Virus record (IMG/VR): IMGVR_UViG_3300042453_004661
Location: 1 to 64,000 of that record
Origin: a virus
Length of the DNA stretch: 64,000 bases
Direction: 5' to 3' (one strand)
In this document: piece after piece, positions 29,492-38,294 of the stretch
Numbering within the stretch: position 1 is the first letter of the stretch
How the letters are laid out: each line of letters begins with the position of its first letter
Translations under genes and position numbers: made by a program
Notes under the pieces: model-generated
Seen by the model: the letters and a program-made list of their open reading frames with translations, nothing else
What the model was told of the DNA's origin: nothing
Database searches by the model: none

Positions 29492-30649
29492 ATGTCTACT
29501 TTGAAATCTACCAAATCAATCCCTATTTGCAGTTTTTGTGGAGCAGACGCAGGCGACTCTCTTCTAGTGAGAGGGCAGGACCTGTCTCATATTTGCGAGA
29601 GCTGTATTGATGAATGTACGGAAATAGTTAAAGAACAGCGCAATAAGAAAGAGATGAAATCCAGCAGGCCTTCATTGACTCCTGCTACGATCAAAAAGCA
29701 TCTAGATCAGTATGTTGTTGGTCAAGACGATGCAAAGCGGGTTATCTCTATTGCCATATATTCTCACTACAAAAGAATCAACAAATATGACACAGGGGGA
29801 GTCGAGATCCAGAAATCCAATATCCTTATGTTGGGGCCTACCGGATCTGGCAAAACCCATATGGTCAAACAGCTTGCTCGACTCCTCAAGGTCCCCGTAG
29901 CGATATCTGATGCGACCTCTATTACCCAGGCCGGATATGTAGGAGATGATGTTGAATCGATCCTATCCAGGCTTGTAATGGCCGCAAACGGAAATATCGA
30001 GCTAGCCCAAAAAGGCATCGTATATGTTGACGAAATTGATAAGATAGCAAAGGTCGTAAGCGATAGAGGCCGGGATGTATCTGGGGAAGGCGTACAGCAA
30101 GGCCTTCTAAAGATCCTTGAGGGTAGTGAGGTATTCATTAACCCAGAAGGTGGCAAAAAGAACTCTACTAGCAGAGAAGTTTCATTTAAGACCGATGATG
30201 TCTTGTTTATTTGCGGAGGAGCCTTCGGTGGCATCTCTGAGACTAGAAAGAAAAAGAAACTTGGGATTGGCTCTACTGAAGAAGAAGACCCGCATGCCCC
30301 GGTCGAGTCAAAAGACTTGGTTAAGTTTGGTCTAATTCCTGAGTTTGTTGGTCGTCTTCCGGTCATCGCCCAGCTCAAGCCTCTATCTGTAGAGGATTTG
30401 GTAAAGATCCTTACAGAAACCAAGAACAATTTGACAGAGCAGTATAAAGCACTATTAAAGATAGATGGTGTAAATGTTGATTTCTCAAAGGATTTCCTTC
30501 ATAAGGTGGCTGAAAAAGCCCAAAGGGAAGGAACCGGGGCTCGAGGCCTGAGAACTATTATGGAAAAGAACATGGAAGACATCCTGTTCAGCGGTCCAGA
30601 TCTTAAGGATAAAGAGATCAGCATAACAGATAAGGATTTCAAGGAGTAA
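29492..30649 (+). CDS. clpX: ClpX AAA+ unfoldase
   Basis: CSFC...ICESC zinc-binding domain, GPTGSGKT, GYVG pore loop, VDEIDK, RDVSGEGVQQ and GARGLR. Confidence 0.95.
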   Translation: MSTLKSTKSIPICSFCGADAGDSLLVRGQDLSHICESCIDECTEIVKEQRNKKEMKSSRPSLTPATIKKHLDQYVVGQDDAKRVISIAIYSHYKRINKYDTGGVEIQKSNILMLGPTGSGKTHMVKQLARLLKVPVAISDATSITQAGYVGDDVESILSRLVMAANGNIELAQKGIVYVDEIDKIAKVVSDRGRDVSGEGVQQGLLKILEGSEVFINPEGGKKNSTSREVSFKTDDVLFICGGAFGGISETRKKKKLGIGSTEEEDPHAPVESKDLVKFGLIPEFVGRLPVIAQLKPLSVEDLVKILTETKNNLTEQYKALLKIDGVNVDFSKDFLHKVAEKAQREGTGARGLRTIMEKNMEDILFSGPDLKDKEISITDKDFKE

Positions 30650-30651
30650 TA

Positions 30652-30933
30652 ATGTCCGACGAAAACAGTACGGTTATCGAGGCTCCTGCAATTGGGGTCC
30701 GTAGAGAATTTGAAAAATTAAAAGAACGCTTCTACGAAATGGAGCTATTAAATCAACAACATGCAGCGACCATGGTTGATTTTACAAAGGCGCACAATGG
30801 GCATGTTATTTCTAGCCAGAAAACTATTACTTTACTGGCTAAAACTCTCGACGAACAATCAAAGGAAATAAAATCTCTTAGAGATCAAATAGATACGATC
30901 ATATCTAAATTGCAGGAAAAGGAGATTATTTAA
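30652..30933 (+). CDS. Hypothetical coiled-coil protein
   Basis: SD aggag. Confidence 0.65.
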   Translation: MSDENSTVIEAPAIGVRREFEKLKERFYEMELLNQQHAATMVDFTKAHNGHVISSQKTITLLAKTLDEQSKEIKSLRDQIDTIISKLQEKEII

Positions 30934-30936
30934 ACA

Positions 30937-31365
30937 ATGGAAAACAAAGAGAAAAAAGAAGACTCATACCCATACAAGAGATTTAGCCAGCCCGCATATT
31001 TTGTCCATATGCCAGAATACCGCAGGACCATAGCGATGCATGCCGTAGAGGTATCTGACCTTAACTTTGCCGTAAATGAATTTGTAGATGGGACTATTGG
31101 TCCTGACAAGAAGCCAGAATACCGGACCCCAGGCCGTTTTGTGTTATGTGTAGGCCAGTCCAAGGTACACCCGGACGACAACTACGATAGGTCTATAGGC
31201 CGGGAGATGTCCATGAACAAGATGGAAATCACCCATGCCACCATCCTAAATACCTTTATTGACAGAAAAGGTATCCTATACCAAGTTAAGCCGGATAATA
31301 TTGATTTTTATATCTATCTGTATGCCAGACATGGAGACAAGTTAGCCTACCCTGTAAATGCGTAG
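30937..31365 (+). CDS. Hypothetical phage protein
   Basis: GQSKVHPDDNYDRSIGR motif; SD aggag. Confidence 0.65.
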   Translation: MENKEKKEDSYPYKRFSQPAYFVHMPEYRRTIAMHAVEVSDLNFAVNEFVDGTIGPDKKPEYRTPGRFVLCVGQSKVHPDDNYDRSIGREMSMNKMEITHATILNTFIDRKGILYQVKPDNIDFYIYLYARHGDKLAYPVNA

Positions 31366-31450
31366 TAAATTGCTATCGTCTACGCTGGGCGGGTAATAAT
31401 ATCCCTATAAGCTTGTAACAGCTCAGGCGACAGGCAAGGAGATTAAATTC

Positions 31451-31915
31451 ATGGCTATGAAACCGCAATTATTTTCGGGTGCGAGAGGCAAACTAATTAT
31501 CAACGGCACTACCACGATTGCCTATGTAACCGAAGTATCAGTTACTGTTAATTCAAATGTAAGAGCAGTTCATACCTTCGGGGCCCCAAACGCCCGTAGC
31601 GTAGAGCCACTCTCGACTTCATGCTCGGTTTCAATCGGGCGAGTCGTCCCTGTTAATAAGCCGACCGGAGAAGCTGCAAATACTTCTGCGATCAATAACG
31701 GGATTGAACCAATCATCAATCAGATGCTTTACGCCGAAGATATCAGCGTAGAACTTCAGGACAGCATCACTGGAGCAACTATCGCTAGCGTTAAGAATTG
31801 TCGATTCACTGGCAGGACCTTGAGCGTAGGCGCAGGCAATATTGCTTCTGAGCGTATTACCCTTATGGGAATCTACGATTCCGCAAATGGCAATACTGCC
31901 CAAACAGGCGTTTAA
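31451..31915 (+). CDS. Tail tube protein (paralogue 1)
   Basis: FSGARGKL...beta-rich...CRFTGR...ASERITLMGI; size and position. Confidence 0.7.
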   Translation: MAMKPQLFSGARGKLIINGTTTIAYVTEVSVTVNSNVRAVHTFGAPNARSVEPLSTSCSVSIGRVVPVNKPTGEAANTSAINNGIEPIINQMLYAEDISVELQDSITGATIASVKNCRFTGRTLSVGAGNIASERITLMGIYDSANGNTAQTGV

Positions 31916-31928
31916 TTAGGAGACATAT

Positions 31929-32507
31929 ATGGCAATTCAACCACAATTACTTTCTGGTGCAAGAGGAATCATCAAAACAGGCAAGTCATCTGGCGTTTCA
32001 GAAACTCTTGCTATCGCTATGGATATCAGCGTTAGTGTTCGCAGTTCAGTAAGAGAGACTTATGTGATGGGCGAACTAAATCCAGTCGCACTAGATCCTG
32101 TTGCAATTGATGTTGATTGCTCAATCGGTCGAGTAATTCCTGTTAATGCATCAACTCCAACAAGCGGTCCAAATTCTGAGCCCCCTGCCAAGAGGCCAGA
32201 AGGAACTGCTGCAGAACCTTCAACTGGTAAAGACAGTGCCAGGGGTGGAAGTACAGCGACTTCAGCTATCCAGTTAGGCCTTGAAGATCAAATCAATAAA
32301 ATCCTTACCGCAGACACTATCCAGATTGAAATAGTCGATAAGATAAGCGGAGCAACTATCGCTGTTGTCAAAGAGGCTCGCTTTGCTGGTCGTTCGATCT
32401 CTACTGGAGCTGGCGATGTCGCTTCTGAGCGTCTTAATTTTGTTGGAATTTACGATGCCGGATACGGCGGAAATGAAAATCCAACCACAACTGGTTACGG
32501 ACTATAA
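31929..32507 (+). CDS. Tail tube protein (paralogue 2)
   Basis: Aligns with the upstream gene (PQLxSGARG, SIGRVxPVN, GATIA, RFxGR, ASER). Confidence 0.7.
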   Translation: MAIQPQLLSGARGIIKTGKSSGVSETLAIAMDISVSVRSSVRETYVMGELNPVALDPVAIDVDCSIGRVIPVNASTPTSGPNSEPPAKRPEGTAAEPSTGKDSARGGSTATSAIQLGLEDQINKILTADTIQIEIVDKISGATIAVVKEARFAGRSISTGAGDVASERLNFVGIYDAGYGGNENPTTTGYGL

Positions 32508-32517
32508 GAGGTAGTTT

Positions 32518-33483
32518 ATGAAACGCTTTGGCGATTTTATTTTGATTGGTGATCAAGATCTAAAGAAGGGCGAAAAGCAAGAGAGCCCTAAAACAGATCG
32601 CATTGCCAAGGCAAAAGATATCTTGGAAAAAGCCAAGATCAAAAAAGAAAAATTGGCTGGGCCAAATGACTTCATGAATGACCCAAAGAACGAGGCATCA
32701 AATGTTAAAAAGTATGATGAACTCGTTTCTGCATCTACCAGCCCGGGCGGTGGTGGAGCTACTGGCAAGTCTATGGATCAGTCCAAGAAGAAAATAGACG
32801 CACAAAAAGCTGGTTATACCATGAAAGACGACAAGCCTCACCCAAAAGACTCTCCTGAAGATAAGGCCCACGATGTCGTAGAAGGTGGCGAAAAAGTTTC
32901 TGATGCTGTTGACGAAGTAAAAGGCGACCCAAAAGAAATGTTTGGACACCTTCGTTCTTATCGTGAGATGAAGCAACAAGGCAAAGGCGATGAATGGAAA
33001 AGATCTCCAGACAATGCTGAAGTTGGCAAATCTGGCGTATCAGATCCTATGCTTATGTCTCTTAAGCAACAGAAAGAAGAGATGGACAAGCGTTGCTGGG
33101 AAGGCTACGAGCCTACCCCAGGCAAGAAAGCTTATGAAAAAGGATCTTGCCAGCCTGCCAAGAAAGCAATGGACAAGAATGATCCTGCTGTCTCCGGAAC
33201 TAAAGTAGAGTCTCAGCAGTCTGGTGAAATTGGTAATCATGCCAAGGCAAAAGAAGACTCACTCAGTCCTCTTATGCATGAGCCTAAGCAGATGATTGCT
33301 GAACCAGTAGGCGACAAGTACGCAAAAGGTTCGATGAAGAAATCAATGAAAGAAGGCGGAGGTATTGAATGGACCGATGCAGACCTCAAGCTCGGGCTTG
33401 CCTTCTCTGCAGGAGCTAAAGTAGGGGCAACCGAAGGCCCTAACCTTTCTGCTCAGCCATTGGGGAATAAAGATAAAAAGTAA
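32518..33483 (+). CDS. Low-complexity charged protein with a CWxGY motif, candidate head-cargo/scaffold-like protein
   Basis: KRCWEGYEP...SC, plus LKKG, LEKA, GKSM, AKKA and MKKS. Confidence 0.5.
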   Translation: MKRFGDFILIGDQDLKKGEKQESPKTDRIAKAKDILEKAKIKKEKLAGPNDFMNDPKNEASNVKKYDELVSASTSPGGGGATGKSMDQSKKKIDAQKAGYTMKDDKPHPKDSPEDKAHDVVEGGEKVSDAVDEVKGDPKEMFGHLRSYREMKQQGKGDEWKRSPDNAEVGKSGVSDPMLMSLKQQKEEMDKRCWEGYEPTPGKKAYEKGSCQPAKKAMDKNDPAVSGTKVESQQSGEIGNHAKAKEDSLSPLMHEPKQMIAEPVGDKYAKGSMKKSMKEGGGIEWTDADLKLGLAFSAGAKVGATEGPNLSAQPLGNKDKK

Positions 33484-33573
33484 TCAAGCTTCGTCCCCGG
33501 GCGGGGGCGCTGTTGAGCGACGCTCCAAAACGCAACTTGCCTTGTCTCTGGTTGCGACCGCCCAAGATTCAAT

Positions 33574-34062
33574 ATGAGACCATTAGTAATATCAGGACAA
33601 AGAGTAGTGGTTTCGCTAGACGCAGAGCCTTATGCTTTTGGCGCTGTATTAGATTATACAATCGATACCCAGGTTTCTGAGTTCGGCGGTATAGATTCTA
33701 TGCTTCCAATTGAATTATCTCCAGAAAGACTCCGGGTCACAATGTCCATGAGAATCTTCAGGACAATTGATAATGATCCATCTGCCACTGGCGTATACTT
33801 CCAAAAAAGCACCAAGGCAGAAAAAGATCAAGAAGACTTTGCCTCCAAAAAGTACATCACTATTGAGATTAGAGACAGGCAAACAGACCAGACGATCATG
33901 TTTATCCCTAGGGCTCTCGTATCTGCCCGTAGCGCCTCTGTCGATGCAGAAGGCCTTATGACCGAGAACTGGTCTATTGTAGGGATTGGATTCATAGGTT
34001 CAGAATCGTCTGCCCAGGGCATCCTGGATAGGGCAATCAACACCTTCAAGAATCCTGTATAA
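33574..34062 (+). CDS. Tail tube-like protein (paralogue 3 / tube initiator)
   Basis: ISGQRV...PIEL...IEIRDR...RS.SVDA...ENWSIVGI follows the tube-fold pattern. Confidence 0.55.
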   Translation: MRPLVISGQRVVVSLDAEPYAFGAVLDYTIDTQVSEFGGIDSMLPIELSPERLRVTMSMRIFRTIDNDPSATGVYFQKSTKAEKDQEDFASKKYITIEIRDRQTDQTIMFIPRALVSARSASVDAEGLMTENWSIVGIGFIGSESSAQGILDRAINTFKNPV

Positions 34063-34069
34063 ACTTCTG

Positions 34070-34098
34070 TTGACATATCAGATCTCCTTTGGTATCAT
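34070..34098 (+). promoter_or_regulatory. sigma70-like promoter inside the tail module
   Basis: TTGACA-17-TATCAT with an extended TG. Confidence 0.8.
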
Positions 34099-34116
34099 AT
34101 TCCTTAAGGAGACCCT

Positions 34117-34623
34117 ATGTATAACCCATCCCCCAAACTCGTTAGTGAAGCAAGAGACCATGAGCTTTCGGCTGTTCAAGAAGTCGTAGCTAAGCTTGAC
34201 CCCCAACCCAACAAAGAAGTCGATACCGACATGCTTTTCAAAGAGTCAGAAAATGCTATGGTCAAGTATGGATTCATTGAAAAAGGTGATGGCACAGTCG
34301 GGATTACAGAGAAAGGCCAGATCCTTCTCTCTATCTTGTTCGCCCGGACCCAGGCTCTCTCCGAGTTTGTACTGCATGTAGATATGCCTCCCCAGGACAT
34401 GAAAAAGATCATTTCCTCCTTGTCTGATAAGGAATTGTCAGAAGAAGGCATTGCCACAGCAGTCATGACTTTGCTCAAGCATAGCAAGTCAGGACAGCCT
34501 GGTCTCTTGCTTAACTTCTTCAGCTTCTTGGTCTATAGGGCTATTGCAAGAGTCTCTGAAGTCTATGGCGACGACGATGGGACTACCCCTACCGGAGCCC
34601 CAAGTGGCACGACTCTCCATTAA
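34117..34623 (+). CDS. Hypothetical protein (moron-like)
   Basis: Has its own promoter and SD aaggag. Confidence 0.65.
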   Translation: MYNPSPKLVSEARDHELSAVQEVVAKLDPQPNKEVDTDMLFKESENAMVKYGFIEKGDGTVGITEKGQILLSILFARTQALSEFVLHVDMPPQDMKKIISSLSDKELSEEGIATAVMTLLKHSKSGQPGLLLNFFSFLVYRAIARVSEVYGDDDGTTPTGAPSGTTLH

Positions 34624-34650
34624 GGTATAATAGAACTAAGGAGAATCATT

Positions 34651-35070
34651 ATGCTTTTGCCACAGATTGAAACCCAGATCGAGTTTGAATGTACTGGAGA
34701 AACGACCAGTAAAAGGTATTCAGGCTCGTTCACAGTAAAGAGTGTCTTAAATAATTTTGAGGCAACAGAAGTAGCTCTACGCACAGATCGTTACAATGGA
34801 GGTAGTCAGACGATTCCTGTTCAGATTGCACTCTTCAACAGAGCAGTAGCTGAGCTTGAACTTCGAGTCAAATCTTCTCCTGAGTGGTGGTCCAAGTCCG
34901 ACTCGGGAAGGCTGATCTTTGACCAAAATGTGGTCTTTGAACTTTTCAACAAAGTTCTCGAAGCTCAAAAAGAATGGAAAGATCGCCTCAATCAAGAAGC
35001 GGTAAAGTCTGAGTCTGCAAGCAAATCCAAGAAAAACAAAAAAGAATCAGATCAAGAAGGCCAAGGCTGA
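34651..35070 (+). CDS. Putative tail assembly chaperone
   Basis: YSGSFTVK...AELELRVKSSPEWW; lies upstream of the tape measure gene. Confidence 0.6.
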   Translation: MLLPQIETQIEFECTGETTSKRYSGSFTVKSVLNNFEATEVALRTDRYNGGSQTIPVQIALFNRAVAELELRVKSSPEWWSKSDSGRLIFDQNVVFELFNKVLEAQKEWKDRLNQEAVKSESASKSKKNKKESDQEGQG

Positions 35071-35132
35071 GCCTTTCTTGGATTAGCTCATCGCAGTTAT
35101 AAAGCAGACCGTTATGCTCTGCTATCCTACAA

Positions 35133-35591
35133 ATGAGCAAGACAGTACACTGGGCAGAGATAGATAGATTAGTTCTAGCGCATCACAGGGAGGACCCCAC
35201 CTCTTCTCTGGATGCGCTTGAGCGTTATTTGCGTAAGTGGTGGTGCATCACTTATGAGCGCCCGTTTAAAGATCCCCTACTCGACCAGTACACCCTTGAC
35301 GAGCTGGTCTATGAATTCCTGAGTAAACACTACCTAAAGCCTGAGAACGACCCTGACAAGATCGAGGCCGAGCGTAAAAAGGCTAGCGAAGACGAAGAGT
35401 GGGCGTCTAGGATGGTAGAGCAAGAGCTTAAAAAGATGCAGGCCAATGTAAATCAATTAGCCGAAGTAGCATCTGATAAAACCCCCAAAAAATCAAGGGC
35501 TAAGAAGAAGAAGCAAGATATTGCGGAAGAGTTGCCGGATATCATCTCTACCAAATTTGACTTGCCCGATCCAGGCGATAATAAGACTTGA
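35133..35591 (+). CDS. Putative second tail chaperone
   Basis: WWCITYERPFKDPLL; lies immediately before the tape measure gene. Confidence 0.5.
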   Translation: MSKTVHWAEIDRLVLAHHREDPTSSLDALERYLRKWWCITYERPFKDPLLDQYTLDELVYEFLSKHYLKPENDPDKIEAERKKASEDEEWASRMVEQELKKMQANVNQLAEVASDKTPKKSRAKKKKQDIAEELPDIISTKFDLPDPGDNKT

Positions 35592-35598
35592 GGTCTAA

Positions 35599-38292
35599 AT
35601 GGCAGGCAATAAATATAGCTCAGAATTATTACTACAAGGCAAGTTTGAGTTCGACCAGAACTCTTTGTCGGTCGCTGCACAGTTTACCCAGGAGCTAGTA
35701 AAAGTCATCGAAGGCCCTCTCCAGGAGATGAGCCAGAGGATTGTTAATAATCTATTTGGCCGTCAAGGCATCGGCGGTGGGATGCCTTCCGGGATGCTCC
35801 AGCACCAGAGCGGATTGGCAGTTCCTAGCCATATGGTCCCAGGCGCAGGCGCATCAGGCCCTACCCCGCCCCCTCCTCCGATACAGCAATTAGGGGTTCA
35901 TGGCATAGTAGGCGGGCCCATGGCTCAGCTTCCTCCTCAATTGCAGTCCTACATGGAAAGGTTTGCAAGTCCTCACGATGTCGGATTGCAAGAGCGATTA
36001 TTATCACAGAGTCCTTATACTGGGCAAAGAAATATCGCCATGATGATGCAAAAGGCCCAAAGGTCCGGGCTTGATGTCTATAGCAATCTAAGCGAAGAGC
36101 AAAAGAAAAGCTTTGCAAAAGAGGCAGAATCTGTTCAGGGCGATATTGCCACATTGATAAAGCAGGGGACCGATTTACAGAAACAATATACAACCAGCAT
36201 TCAAAAGGCCCAGTCTGAAGTCGGCACACTACGAAGCTATAGTGAGGCACTCCAAAAAGATCCGAATATGGCTCAGGAAATGTATAAGGGCATGTCGGAG
36301 AATCTTAAAAAAGTAATTGACGAATACAATACAGCAGATCCTAAGACCAGGAGAGATCCTGTGGTAGCTGTCCTCGAGAGAATAGAAAGACTACAACAAG
36401 AGAGCGTAGAGTCTGAAAGACAAACTTCTGCTGGCATTCAAAAGCTAAAAGGCGAAAGAGAAGCCCTACTTGCTCCGACCGAAGCAGACGAGGAGACGAG
36501 GGGCGCAAGAAGAGCCAGAAGAATACAGACTATGGCAAATGTCGCCGGACTCGTTGGGTCTGCAGTTGCTTTTGGCGCACAAGTTCCATACATGATGGAA
36601 GAAAGAGAAGCTTCTGCAGCAGAGCTTGAAAGAGGATCAGCAAGGGCCCTACAATCTGGGAATATCAATAGATATATGGCCATGCAAGAGCTTGGTGGGG
36701 ATACTGCCTTGACCGAAAGATCTAGAAGATCCGCACTTCTAAGCGGTGTTGGGCAAATCCTTGGAGGTGTCGGTATAGGTGCAGCTGGGATTATGTCCGG
36801 GATTGGTGCTGTTCCAGCCGTTATTGCTGGTGGAGGCATGGCGATCAGTGGGGCCCACACTCTAATGAACATGGAGTCCCAAGCCGTATCGTTTAGAGAA
36901 AGAGAAATAGAATCCAGGCTTGGTCAAACAAGAGAATTTCGAGATGCTTCGTCCCGGGCCAGAGCCCAAGCCATACAGTCTTTTGAGACAGCAAGAGGTA
37001 TGGGCGATCAATCTCTTGAAGATTTATTGTACGGCGGAGTCAGTATTGGATCTGCTCGAAGTCAATTGAGGGCCGGGATCGCAGGGGCCGGGACCAGGGA
37101 GCAAGAGGCTGAAGCCATAAGAAGATTTCGTGACGCATCTGCGGGCGGAACAAGAGCCTTGAGCGGGCAGTCATTAAGAGAATACGCTGCAGAGAGGGGC
37201 ATAGATTATGGACAGCTTGCCCCAGTGATTGGCGAAATGGGAGGCAGGGCGAGGACAGCAGGCGGATACTCTCCCATGCAGGAATCTATCAATCTAGCTA
37301 CTCTTGGGATCGGGGCCGGGACTCAAGCTGAACTATTGTATGGCCAAGGCCGTGGCGCAGATGGCGCTCGGATGGACCCAAGGCAAGCATTTGCTCAGAT
37401 TAAAGATATGTATGCCGAGACTTTTGCCACTGGAATTGAAAAGAGCCAGCTCCCCAGGGCCATGGAAAGATTTGGCCAGATGGCTGCATCGATTGGGTAT
37501 GGCGGTACTGCAGTAGCTCAAGAACAGATGCGTCGAGCCACGACTATGGCTGGCGGTATGTTTGGTGAAGGATACGGTGGGGCCCAGCTTGATTTTGCAA
37601 ATAGGATGCAAAGGTTTCAATTTGGCGGTGGGCCACTAGGCTCTGGCGGTCTCGGAAATGCCATGGCGATGTCTGCAATGGGTAATATTCTTCAGGGGAC
37701 CCAAGTCGGCGGAAAAAGTTTGCAAGATACACTCGGAGGAAATGCTGGCGTTGTATCTATGATGCTTGCTCAGCAGGGCCAAACCGATGAGAGCATGAAA
37801 ACCATCTTAATGAAAGCGGGCGGGATGAGCGAGCAAGATGCGGCCGCCGCAGTTAAGCAGTTGGGTGGAGCAAAAGGCCTTGAATCCATGCGAACAAAAG
37901 GCATGGTTGGGGCATATGGCGGTATAGGTGAAGGACCTCTTGGTTTCCTAACTGCCATGATGACAGGGGCAGAAGGTGGAGCGCAAATGGAAGCCGCACT
38001 AAAATCCCCTTCCGCAATGCAGAAACTAACTCAGCCCAAAACTGCCGAAGAGATGGCAAAAGAAGCAGACGCCAGGAAGCTCGCAGATGCTGGTATAATT
38101 CCAGACTCTCTTGGTGGCAAAGCTAGGGCGCAAGAGCTTGGCGTTGAGTCAGCAGAATTATCTGCAGCATTCTCTACACTTAAAGCAGAGCTTCCTACTT
38201 TTGCAAACTCAATAAGAATAGTCAATGAAGCAATTGAGAATGCGGTAAAGACGATGCAAGAAAAGAAAGCATCTAATTCGTTCGGGAATTGA
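35599..38292 (+). CDS. Tape measure protein
   Basis: 897 aa, helical and Ala/Gly/Gln-rich with hydrophobic segments; position after the chaperones. Confidence 0.7.
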   Translation: MAGNKYSSELLLQGKFEFDQNSLSVAAQFTQELVKVIEGPLQEMSQRIVNNLFGRQGIGGGMPSGMLQHQSGLAVPSHMVPGAGASGPTPPPPPIQQLGVHGIVGGPMAQLPPQLQSYMERFASPHDVGLQERLLSQSPYTGQRNIAMMMQKAQRSGLDVYSNLSEEQKKSFAKEAESVQGDIATLIKQGTDLQKQYTTSIQKAQSEVGTLRSYSEALQKDPNMAQEMYKGMSENLKKVIDEYNTADPKTRRDPVVAVLERIERLQQESVESERQTSAGIQKLKGEREALLAPTEADEETRGARRARRIQTMANVAGLVGSAVAFGAQVPYMMEEREASAAELERGSARALQSGNINRYMAMQELGGDTALTERSRRSALLSGVGQILGGVGIGAAGIMSGIGAVPAVIAGGGMAISGAHTLMNMESQAVSFREREIESRLGQTREFRDASSRARAQAIQSFETARGMGDQSLEDLLYGGVSIGSARSQLRAGIAGAGTREQEAEAIRRFRDASAGGTRALSGQSLREYAAERGIDYGQLAPVIGEMGGRARTAGGYSPMQESINLATLGIGAGTQAELLYGQGRGADGARMDPRQAFAQIKDMYAETFATGIEKSQLPRAMERFGQMAASIGYGGTAVAQEQMRRATTMAGGMFGEGYGGAQLDFANRMQRFQFGGGPLGSGGLGNAMAMSAMGNILQGTQVGGKSLQDTLGGNAGVVSMMLAQQGQTDESMKTILMKAGGMSEQDAAAAVKQLGGAKGLESMRTKGMVGAYGGIGEGPLGFLTAMMTGAEGGAQMEAALKSPSAMQKLTQPKTAEEMAKEADARKLADAGIIPDSLGGKARAQELGVESAELSAAFSTLKAELPTFANSIRIVNEAIENAVKTMQEKKASNSFGN

Positions 38293-38294
38293 TT

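Noticed and set aside
33505-33560. Hammerhead ribozyme or tRNA
   Set aside because: CUGUUGA only resembles CUGANGA, there is no GAAA core, and there is no T-loop or cloverleaf.
34651-35591. Programmed -1 frameshift fusing the two tail chaperone ORFs
   Set aside because: The second ORF is in the -1 frame but has an in-frame TAA at 35100, downstream of the first ORF's stop at 35070.
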